Of a stretch of DNA of 35,875 nt, positions 25,366 to 33,181 are shown piece after piece. The notes under the pieces are model-generated. The model searched no databases. It was not told where the DNA came from and was given only the letters and a program-made list of their open reading frames with translations. Each line of letters opens with the position of its first letter. Position 1 is the first letter of the stretch. The DNA comes from Candidatus Micrarchaeota archaeon. GTDB lineage: Archaea; Iainarchaeota; Iainarchaeia; Iainarchaeales; JAGVWC01. The position numbers were made by a program, and so were the translations under genes. The DNA lies in NCBI GenBank assembly GCA_018813975.1, contig JAHJAQ010000117.1, forward strand, positions 1-35,875, read 5' to 3'.

Positions 25366-26688
25366 ATGGGTTTTTTGAATGGTTTGAAAGGGGTTTTTGG
25401 GGGCAGTTCTAAGCCACCAGAGGCCATTAGCCTTTTGTTTGAAGAAACCGAACAATGGATTCGAAAATCCACCGCATCCCATTTAGAGTCCCTCAAAAAG
25501 GCCACGCTAAATCGTTTTTCCGAGATTCGATTTTTGCTAAAAGAACTGGATTCCAATTTAACAGCACTTGAAAAAAAAGAAGTAAATGAAGAAGAAGCCA
25601 GTCAACGCGTGCAAAAAGTAGTTTCTTCTTCTCAGCATGCACTGGTCGGACGTTTAAAGGGATTGTTGCACAAAGTAGAGCCCCCGCAAATAGCGGAATG
25701 GCAACAAATGCGCGAATACGGTTTAAATACTTTTTCCGTACTCCAAAACGAAATGGCGTTGTTTGGCAAAAACATTGCCTATACCAGTATTTTATTGCGA
25801 AAAGAAGTCAAACAAATTGGCGTGCGATTAAGCGAACTTGAAAAGATTTTGAAAGAACTTTCCCGGTCTTTTGATACCAATTCTTTGTTTGAACAAAGTC
25901 AAAAGAGCCAATCCATCCACCAAGAGCTAGTTCAACTACAACAAGAAAACACTTCACTCCGGCACCAAGCAGTTCAAGTAGAAAAAGAACTACAACAAAC
26001 CAATCAAAAACTACTGGAACAACAAAAAACCCTTACCGCGGTTCAAGACTCTAGAGAAGCAAAAGAACTAGAATCATTACTGGAACAAACCAAAGAATTG
26101 GATGAAAAAAAACAAGCATTAAGTCGAGAATTATTCGAGCTTATTGGGGGGGTTGACAAGCCATTAAAACGATTTAACCAGTTGGTGGTTTCCAAACACT
26201 GGCATTTGGAAAAAAACCAGGTTCTTTTTTTGGCATTGCTTGTTAAAAATCCTGCTTCTGCTTTTGAATCCGATCCCAAAGCCCAGTCTTTTAAAGCAAT
26301 TTTAAAAGAAATGCAAAGCGCGATTCAAGACCAAAAAATTTCTTTCAAAGATGGAAAAGAAAAAGTCAAGCGATTGGCTTCTTTAAACCAATTATTGGAA
26401 TTTGATTTTTTCTCCAATTTTTTTTGGAAACAAAACGAACTTGAAAAAAAGAATCAACAAATCGAAAAACAAATTCACTCTAATCATTTTTCCAAAAAAC
26501 TAAAAGAAGAAACCCAGCATTTACAACAAGCACGCTTAGCTGCCAATCAATCTAAAGAAGCGGTTTCCCAAAATCAGTCCGCCATCCAAAAAAATATAGG
26601 GATTCAACAAGAAAAGAAAAAAGCATTGGAAAAAATATTGTCCAAGATTGCGTCTGCTTCTGTTACAATTTCTTTTTCCAGTGCATAA
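25366..26688 (+). CDS. Long coiled-coil protein of unknown function (about 440 aa)
   Basis: Start chosen at ATG 25366 (MGFLNGLKGVFGG...). The tracked 5' extension overlaps the RecJ-like start codon region. The protein is Q/E/K/L-rich with heptad-like sequence over most of its length. A TATA-like TTTTTTAAG lies 26-34 nt upstream. Confidence 0.5.
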   Translation: MGFLNGLKGVFGGSSKPPEAISLLFEETEQWIRKSTASHLESLKKATLNRFSEIRFLLKELDSNLTALEKKEVNEEEASQRVQKVVSSSQHALVGRLKGLLHKVEPPQIAEWQQMREYGLNTFSVLQNEMALFGKNIAYTSILLRKEVKQIGVRLSELEKILKELSRSFDTNSLFEQSQKSQSIHQELVQLQQENTSLRHQAVQVEKELQQTNQKLLEQQKTLTAVQDSREAKELESLLEQTKELDEKKQALSRELFELIGGVDKPLKRFNQLVVSKHWHLEKNQVLFLALLVKNPASAFESDPKAQSFKAILKEMQSAIQDQKISFKDGKEKVKRLASLNQLLEFDFFSNFFWKQNELEKKNQQIEKQIHSNHFSKKLKEETQHLQQARLAANQSKEAVSQNQSAIQKNIGIQQEKKKALEKILSKIASASVTISFSSA

Positions 26689-29086
26689 GCTTTTTTTCTT
26701 CTAGTGCAATGATTAGCTTGGTTTTTAACACACTATCAGGATTTAGGGAAATACTATCAATGCCCTCTTGTACTAAAAAAGCCGCAAAATCCGGAAAATC
26801 ACTGGGGGCTTGGCCGCAAATACCAATTTTTCGTTTGTGTTGTTTGCTTCGTTGAATGACTTGTTGTACCAATCGTTTTACAGCTGCATTGCGTTCATCA
26901 TACAATCCCGCTACCAATTCAGAATCTCGATCCAATCCCAAGGTTAATTGGGTTAAATCATTGGTTCCAATGGAAAAACCATCAAAAATCTGGGCAAACT
27001 CATGTGCTAGTATAACATTAGAGGGCACTTCGCACATTACAAAAACTATTAATCCATTTTGGCCTTGTACAAGCCCATTTTTTTTCATTTCTTGTAACAC
27101 TTTTTTTCCTTCTTCCACAGTCCTACAAAACGGTACCATGACTTGAACATTTTCAAGTCCTTTTTCTTCTCGTACCATCCGAATGGCTTGGCATTCCAGT
27201 GCAAAAGCGCCTTGAAATTTTTTTGAATAATACCGTGAAGCACCTCTCCAACCCAGCATGGGATTTTCTTCTATTGGTTCAAATTCTTTTCCGCCAATCA
27301 GATTGGCATATTCATTGCTTTTAAAATCGGAAAATCGCACGATAACCTGTTTGGGGTAAAAAGCAGCGCCTAACAAGGCAATTCCTTCTGCTAGTTTGTC
27401 CACAAAAAACTGTTTTTTGTCTTGATATCCTGCTGTTAGTTCTGTAATGCGCTTTTTGGCAGCAACATCTTTTAGGATGTCAAAATGAATAAGAGCAAGG
27501 GGGTGAATTCTAATATGGTCACTAATAATAAATTCTTCTCGAGCCAATCCAATACCATCACACGGCAAAAAACTATATTCAAACGCTCTGCTGGGATCGG
27601 CTAGGTTTATCATTACCTTGGTATGGGTTTTTGGAATGGTTTTCAAATCCACTACTTTTTTTTCAAATGGTAATGTTCCCTCATAAATTTTTCCCGTGCT
27701 GCCTTCACAACAACTCACGGTAATTTTTTTTCCGTTTGGAATAGTTTCAGTGGCATTATTGCATCCTACTATTGCCGGAATACCCAATTCTCTACTTACA
27801 ATGGCGGAATGGCTGGTCCTTCCTCCTCGATTGGTTACAATGGCGGCAGCTAGTTTCATAATGGGTTCCCAATCAGGGTCGGTGGTATCGGTTACTAGTA
27901 CTTCTCCTTTTTGAAACGTACTAATCTGATTAACATTTTTGATGATGTGTGCTTTTCCAATTCCAATCTTTTCGCCAATGGATTGTCCCGTTGCCAGTAC
28001 GTTTCCTTTTTTTTTGAGAATATAACTTTCTAACAGGTTTTTGGGGCGCTGGCTTTGAACGGTTTCTGGCCTGGCTTGTACAATAAACAACTGATTGGTT
28101 TTGCCGTCTTTGGCCCATTCAATATCCATTGGTTTCCTGTGGCCGGCTTTTTTAGAATAATATTTTTCGATTTCCAATCCCCACTGTCCCAATTGTAGGG
28201 CTTCTTGTTCACTAATACAATATTGTTTTTGTTCTTGGGAAGAAACCGGAACACTTTTGGTGCTTTGCTTTTCGCCTTGTGCGTAAACGATTTTGGTTCT
28301 TTTTTCGCCTTTTTTTTTGCTGAGCAATGCATTTTTTCTTTTTTCCAGGATTGGCTTGAACAAAATAAATTGATCCGGATTTACAATTCCTTTTACAATG
28401 CTTTCTCCCAAGCCATAAGAAGCATTGATAATAATCGCGTTTTCAAAACCGGTTTCCGTGTCCAAAGTGAATAGCACGCCACTGCTGGCAAGATCAGAGC
28501 GCACCATTTTTTGCACGCCAATCGACAAGGCCACAGAAAATAATCCAAATCCTTTGTCCTGGCGATAGGATATGGCTCGGTTTGTGAATAAAGAAGCAAA
28601 GCATTTTTGACAAGCCTCTAACAAAGGTTCTTTTTCCTGGATATTCAAATAGCTTTCTTGTTGACCAGCAAAACTAGCTTCCGGCAGGTCTTCTGCGGTT
28701 GCACTGCTTCTAACCGCGACATCAGGATTTTTGCCATATTGTAATCCTAGCTTTTGATACGCTGTTATAATGGGCTCTCTAATTTCGCTTGGAATAGTGG
28801 CATGTAAAATCATTTCTCGAATTTTTTTCCCTTTCTCTGCTAATTGGGAGAAATTTTTAGTATTCAATCCTTTTAATTCGCTTTGGATTTTTTTGTGTAA
28901 ACCAGTTTTTTCCAAGAATACATGATAGGCGTGTGCCGTAACACAAAATCCATTGGGAACTCGGATTCCTGTGGGAGTCAAAAAACGATACATTTCTCCT
29001 AGAGAAGCATTCTTACCGCCCACAATGGCAATATCATTCAAGTCTATTTGATCAAACCACAGTATAATCGCATCTTTTTTGGACAA
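26663..29086 (-). CDS. ppsA: Phosphoenolpyruvate synthase (pyruvate, water dikinase)
   Basis: GGKNASLGEM; phospho-His loop GGRTSHSAIVSRELGIPAIVG; C-terminal GIGLAREEF ... FSIGTNDLTQ ... CGQAPSD. Confidence 0.9.
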   Translation of the reverse strand: MSKKDAIILWFDQIDLNDIAIVGGKNASLGEMYRFLTPTGIRVPNGFCVTAHAYHVFLEKTGLHKKIQSELKGLNTKNFSQLAEKGKKIREMILHATIPSEIREPIITAYQKLGLQYGKNPDVAVRSSATAEDLPEASFAGQQESYLNIQEKEPLLEACQKCFASLFTNRAISYRQDKGFGLFSVALSIGVQKMVRSDLASSGVLFTLDTETGFENAIIINASYGLGESIVKGIVNPDQFILFKPILEKRKNALLSKKKGEKRTKIVYAQGEKQSTKSVPVSSQEQKQYCISEQEALQLGQWGLEIEKYYSKKAGHRKPMDIEWAKDGKTNQLFIVQARPETVQSQRPKNLLESYILKKKGNVLATGQSIGEKIGIGKAHIIKNVNQISTFQKGEVLVTDTTDPDWEPIMKLAAAIVTNRGGRTSHSAIVSRELGIPAIVGCNNATETIPNGKKITVSCCEGSTGKIYEGTLPFEKKVVDLKTIPKTHTKVMINLADPSRAFEYSFLPCDGIGLAREEFIISDHIRIHPLALIHFDILKDVAAKKRITELTAGYQDKKQFFVDKLAEGIALLGAAFYPKQVIVRFSDFKSNEYANLIGGKEFEPIEENPMLGWRGASRYYSKKFQGAFALECQAIRMVREEKGLENVQVMVPFCRTVEEGKKVLQEMKKNGLVQGQNGLIVFVMCEVPSNVILAHEFAQIFDGFSIGTNDLTQLTLGLDRDSELVAGLYDERNAAVKRLVQQVIQRSKQHKRKIGICGQAPSDFPDFAAFLVQEGIDSISLNPDSVLKTKLIIALEEKKLMHWKKKL

Positions 29087-29113
29087 GTTCCCACCTTTTT
29101 TTTTGAATAATTT

Positions 29114-29734
29114 TTATTCGGTTCTGGATTCGTTTTCAGTAATTTCAATGGTGTGGTCGCAAAACTGGCTAATCACGCGAATCGTGTCCTGGTTTTCTTT
29201 GAGTCGGACCATTAGAAAAATGCCTAGTGCTTGCAGGCCACGAATTTTTCCAACCAACTGGTGCACGAATTTTTCCAGGGGTTCTGGTTTGTTGTACAAT
29301 AACAAGGTGGATAGAGAATCCAAGATTAAAAATTGTTGGTTTTTCGGGTTTTTCTCCAATGCTTGTTCTATTTGCATGGTTAATTCTAACAAGTTTTTTG
29401 GACTTTCCAAATAATGTACATTCTCGCCAGAAAGCTTTTCAGTTCCCGCTGTCTCACTCACTAAATCCACGAAAACGGTTTTTTGATCTTCCAGCACTTT
29501 TTGAGGGGAATCAAAAAGGTTTACCAGTGCTTTGTTAACCGAAACAAAAACGCCATTATCGGATCGCTTTTTCAAAAAATCGAGTAATCCGGTTTGAATG
29601 GCAGAATAATGGTCACTTTCAATAACCACTAGTACTACATTAGGTTTTTTGATTTCACTTAAAGCGCTTTCTAATTTTACTTCTACTCTTTTTTCCGGGT
29701 CCAATAATGATTCTAATGATTCTTTTTTGTCCAC
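29114..29734 (-). CDS. Degenerate KaiC/RecA-fold protein lacking a P-loop (pseudo-ATPase partner of the upstream KaiC-like gene)
   Basis: By-eye alignment with the neighbouring ATPase: NVVLVVIESDHYS vs NLLVVTGDPGSGKT (Walker A lost); GVFVSVNKA vs GVYISLEES (catalytic EE lost); FLILDSLSTLLLY vs RLVIDPGVVFRLF (Walker B strand kept). Confidence 0.4.
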   Translation of the reverse strand: MDKKESLESLLDPEKRVEVKLESALSEIKKPNVVLVVIESDHYSAIQTGLLDFLKKRSDNGVFVSVNKALVNLFDSPQKVLEDQKTVFVDLVSETAGTEKLSGENVHYLESPKNLLELTMQIEQALEKNPKNQQFLILDSLSTLLLYNKPEPLEKFVHQLVGKIRGLQALGIFLMVRLKENQDTIRVISQFCDHTIEITENESRTE

Positions 29735-29746
29735 TATTGTTCCCCC

Positions 29747-30496
29747 TTATAGTTCTTCGAATAATTCTTGTTTGGATAATACTCGAAGCCCATTCGCGCC
29801 AATTTCAATGGGGTGTAATTTTTCACTGATTTTGGTTCCGCGCATTTTGAGTACGCCAATACTTCGAATAAAACGATTTTCGAGTTTAGTATGATATAAT
29901 AGTATTACTCCATCTGCCACAAACTCTTCCAATCCAAACAAAGAACTGATTTTATCCAGGCTGAGCTCATTGGTGATGATTGTGGTTACATTAATGCGCT
30001 TGAGCATTTTTCCCAGTATTAAAATGGTTTTTCGTGCTTCTAACTCTCGTTCAAAAAACAACCTAAAAACCACGCCAGGATCTATTACCAGTCTTTTGGC
30101 TTTAATGCGTTCTACTGCTTCTTCTATCGTGTTTTTGAGTTTGTCAAAATCATAGAGCGAAACAGTTTCAATCAATAGTTTTCTTTGTTGAATTAGAGTG
30201 GAAAAATCATATCCATAATAAGCCGCTTCTTTAATGATTTCCGGTTCGCTTTCTTCTAAGGAAATATATACGCCTGGTTCTTCATAGTCATTAGCCCCTC
30301 CATACAAGAATCGATAGCAAAAATTGGTTTTTCCGCTACCCGGATCGCCTGTTACCACCAATAAGTTTCCTTCCGGAACCCCTCCTCCAACAAGCTCGTC
30401 AAATCCCGGAACGCCCGAGCGAATGCGCTTGGGATGCAAGTGAATGGTGTTGGTACTGGTTTTAGAAGCGGTTTTAGCAGTGGTTTTTTGGGCCAT
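29747..30496 (-). CDS. Single-domain KaiC-like (RecA-superfamily, ArlH/FlaH-like) ATPase
   Basis: GVPGFDELVGGGVPEGNLLVVTGDPGSGKTNF (Walker A), YISLEES (catalytic Glu pair), RLVIDP (Walker B), VLKMRGT. A TATA-like TTTAAATA at 30521..30528 lies 25-32 nt upstream of the ATG. Confidence 0.75.
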   Translation of the reverse strand: MAQKTTAKTASKTSTNTIHLHPKRIRSGVPGFDELVGGGVPEGNLLVVTGDPGSGKTNFCYRFLYGGANDYEEPGVYISLEESEPEIIKEAAYYGYDFSTLIQQRKLLIETVSLYDFDKLKNTIEEAVERIKAKRLVIDPGVVFRLFFERELEARKTILILGKMLKRINVTTIITNELSLDKISSLFGLEEFVADGVILLYHTKLENRFIRSIGVLKMRGTKISEKLHPIEIGANGLRVLSKQELFEEL

Positions 30497-30596
30497 GATA
30501 TTTTCTATTATTAATCATTGTTTAAATAGATTCGCTCAATACTGCCTGTTTTTTTGCTAAAATCGAGTTTTTAGTTCAATTCTCGTTCCCGATACC

Positions 30597-30604
30597 TTTA
30601 AATA
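30597..30604 (+). promoter_or_regulatory. TATA-box-like element (TTTAAATA) of the pilin gene
   Basis: It lies 68 nt upstream of the TTG start, predicting a ~40-45 nt leader that contains the 30637..30652 palindrome and the GGAGG. Confidence 0.35.
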
Positions 30605-30636
30605 TCAAAAATACTGTATTTCGTTAGCTTTTAACT

Positions 30637-30652
30637 GTTAAAACGTTTTAAC
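30637..30652. promoter_or_regulatory. Perfect 16-bp palindrome GTTAAAACGTTTTAAC in the pilin leader (operator or RNA hairpin candidate)
   Basis: Verified by hand to be self-complementary. A third TTTTAAC copy lies at 30629..30635. It ends 6 nt before the SD. Confidence 0.35.
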
Positions 30653-30671
30653 TAAAAAGGAGGAATGAAAA

Positions 30672-31112
30672 TTGAGATTCAATCAAAAAGGACAATCCGC
30701 CCTTGAATACCTAATGACGTATGGATGGGCACTTGTTGTGATTGTCGTAGTCGTAGCAGCCCTAGTCTTACTAGTCGGAAACCCAGCAGAAGCAGGCGAC
30801 ACTTGCTCCGGACCCGGTGCAGGCCTTAATATCACCAATCAAGAACTCGGTACAAGTGGTTGGGACTTGGTTATAAGCAACATTTCGGGCCGATCCATAA
30901 CTGCAGTTACGCCAACTGGTGTTAGCTCACCCACCCCAACCGTTGAAGGAACATACACGCCTTTTACTATGACCCCTGGTGAAGAAGTCACGCTAACAAC
31001 CGCAGCAGGAACTTTTGTTGCTGATACCCACTATCGAACAGAATTTAGTGTAGACTATCACGACGGAGACTTTACTAGAACCGTTACATTCTCTTGCAAC
31101 GGAACAGCATAA
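30672..31112 (+). CDS. Archaeal type IV pilin (class III signal peptide, Gln at +1, DUF361/Epd-like)
   Basis: MRFNQKG|QSALEYLMTYGWALVVIVVVVAALVLLV has a charged leader, a KG|Q prepilin-peptidase site and a hydrophobic helix. The mature domain is Thr/Gly-rich, with 2 Cys and N-x-S/T sequons (NIT, NIS, NGT). TTG start 8 nt after GGAGG (30659..30663). Confidence 0.8.
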   Translation: MRFNQKGQSALEYLMTYGWALVVIVVVVAALVLLVGNPAEAGDTCSGPGAGLNITNQELGTSGWDLVISNISGRSITAVTPTGVSSPTPTVEGTYTPFTMTPGEEVTLTTAAGTFVADTHYRTEFSVDYHDGDFTRTVTFSCNGTA

Positions 31113-31239
31113 ATCAGCTAACTTTTTTTCTATTTCTTTTTTTTTAGTTTCTTAGCAGCTAATGCTATCTTCTGCTTTTTTTGAATCAGTTAAGATAGCT
31201 CAGAATAAGGGCTGGCAAAAAGCATTCTTATAACTGAGA

Positions 31240-32241
31240 TTACAACAGGGTTCCGAATACCTCTGTTAGCACCAATCGGATTACATAAAACAAGAGCAAG
31301 CTAATCACGAGAATAATAGGAAAAAACTTTATTCCGGCTTTTTCTTTTCCACTATTGATTACGCCAATGGTCATGGCAGCGAATACCGCTGTAAAAAACA
31401 TGGCCACTATCGAAAAAAACACGACAAAATCCGGCGTAATTAATATTTCTCTTTCTCCACTCGGAATAAAACTGGTTATTTGCGATACTCTTCCTCCTGC
31501 TTGTTGGATCATTTCCGGGTCAATAGTGGGCAGGTCTTGTAATTGGGTCGTAAGAATTTGCGTGATAAAGCTCGAAACACCAAACAATACCGGAGCACCA
31601 AACGCCGCTGAAACCAAAATCAATAGAATGTACAAGCTCATTTCTGCTTTGCCTTCATCTTGAATGGCGCGTTGTTCGCGCAAATCATCACTTAGTTGGG
31701 TTAGCAAATCCGCGATTTGGCCTCCGCTTTGAATTCCTTTTGCAATCAGCCATAACGTTCTTTCGAATACCACGGATTTTACGCGCGAACTCATGTTAAT
31801 CAGGGCGCGTTCCATGCCTTCTCCTGCTAAAATTTCTCGGCTGGCATGCTTGAGTTCTTTTTCCAAGGGACCAAATTCTGGTCTGGCTGAAACAAATAAT
31901 GCGCGTTCCGTGGTTAAACCGCTTTTAATATTAGAGGCAATTAATTGCAAGGCGTCTGGTAGCATGATCTCTACTTTTTGGCCTTTGGCTTCTGCCGCCA
32001 TGTTGAGCCACATGTAAATGCCACCCACAAATAATACAAAGGTTCCAAAAAAGCCGAACAAAAAGTGCAAGTCAAATAACAACCAAAGGTTTACCGCTAT
32101 TCCAATGCTAATTGCAAAACCAAAGGCGAGTAAAAATCCAAGAAACTTTTTTTCGTCGATAGTAATGCCTAGATAATTGAGGGATTTGGTTATTTTGTCT
32201 CCAAATCCTTTGGGTACAATTGCGGCAATGCGTTGGTACAT
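31240..32241 (-). CDS. Type II secretion system F-domain platform protein (TadC/FlaJ-like)
   Basis: T2SS-F pattern LPDALQLIASNIKSGLTTERAL ... IAKGIQSGGQIADLL, flanked by TM helices. Confidence 0.7.
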   Translation of the reverse strand: MYQRIAAIVPKGFGDKITKSLNYLGITIDEKKFLGFLLAFGFAISIGIAVNLWLLFDLHFLFGFFGTFVLFVGGIYMWLNMAAEAKGQKVEIMLPDALQLIASNIKSGLTTERALFVSARPEFGPLEKELKHASREILAGEGMERALINMSSRVKSVVFERTLWLIAKGIQSGGQIADLLTQLSDDLREQRAIQDEGKAEMSLYILLILVSAAFGAPVLFGVSSFITQILTTQLQDLPTIDPEMIQQAGGRVSQITSFIPSGEREILITPDFVVFFSIVAMFFTAVFAAMTIGVINSGKEKAGIKFFPIILVISLLLFYVIRLVLTEVFGTLL

Positions 32242-32245
32242 TTTT

Positions 32246-33142
32246 TCATCCTTCTGCTAGCAAGCTGGGTCGCTTGCTTTTTAATAATCCTACAAACATT
32301 ACTTGTGCTAGAATTAATCCTCCTAAAAAAGCCCATAATAGTTCTTGGGTAATGGGGATTTGGGGAAAGGTTGAAAGAATAATCATAAATGTTAATCCTA
32401 ATGCCGGAATGATTACGCCCAGCATCATATACATCAAAGATAATAAGCGCAAAGAAGCACTGTATTTTTTAATTTGAATGATTTGTTCTTTGGTCATGGC
32501 TCGAACCAATTCGCTTAAAACCTTGGTAATATCTGCACCAGCTTTCATGCCATTTATAACCTGCCATAAGGCTCTTCGATAAAACAAGGAAGGATTGCGC
32601 ATGACTGAATGCTGTAAGGCTTCTTCTTCTGGAATTCCAGTATTAATTTCATCCACGACTCTTCGAAACTCCGTGCTCAAATATCCATACGCGCCATCTG
32701 CAACTAGTGAAAGCGCGTCAAACAAAGTGACGCCAGAGCGAATTTGGACGGTAATGGTTCGCAAGCCAAATATGAGGTTTTTTTCCAAATTTCGAATCTT
32801 TTTTTTGATTCGAACTCTGGGATAAATCGATACTTGTACTAGGATTAGAATAGCAAAAATAAATCCAATTATGGGTCCGATTAGCAATCCAAGGGTTGGA
32901 TCTACCTCTAAAATGCCCTTGGTTTGGGCTATCAAACTAATAATACTGATTAGAATGGTCCATATTATAAAATGCGATAATGCTACAACAAAGCCCATGG
33001 AAACGTATTCATCTACATCCATGTCAATATCGGCTTGTTCTAGTTCTAGTTTTAAATAGGGTAATAGTTTGCCTATGAATGCGCCAATTCCCATGGTTTT
33101 TTGGCTCAAGCGTTGTAACACCTGAGCGGGCAAGGGGCTCAT
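32246..33142 (-). CDS. Type II secretion system F-domain platform protein (TadB/FlaJ-like)
   Basis: LRTITVQIRSGVTLFDAL ... INTGIPEEEAL ... VINGMKAGADITKVL with N- and C-terminal TM helices. It ends 4 nt before the next T2SS-F gene. Confidence 0.7.
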   Translation of the reverse strand: MSPLPAQVLQRLSQKTMGIGAFIGKLLPYLKLELEQADIDMDVDEYVSMGFVVALSHFIIWTILISIISLIAQTKGILEVDPTLGLLIGPIIGFIFAILILVQVSIYPRVRIKKKIRNLEKNLIFGLRTITVQIRSGVTLFDALSLVADGAYGYLSTEFRRVVDEINTGIPEEEALQHSVMRNPSLFYRRALWQVINGMKAGADITKVLSELVRAMTKEQIIQIKKYSASLRLLSLMYMMLGVIIPALGLTFMIILSTFPQIPITQELLWAFLGGLILAQVMFVGLLKSKRPSLLAEG

Positions 33143-33181
33143 GGGAATTTTAATGGGGCCGCGGTTTCTATGGGAAATGGG

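Noticed and set aside
31113-31239. Possible small RNA or structured element between the pilin and the convergent T2SS-F gene (imperfect inverted repeat TCAGTTAAG ... CTTATAACTGA plus T-runs).
   Set aside because: The stem is imperfect, with a loop of about 30 nt. The region is adequately explained as bidirectional oligo-T termination for two convergent genes.
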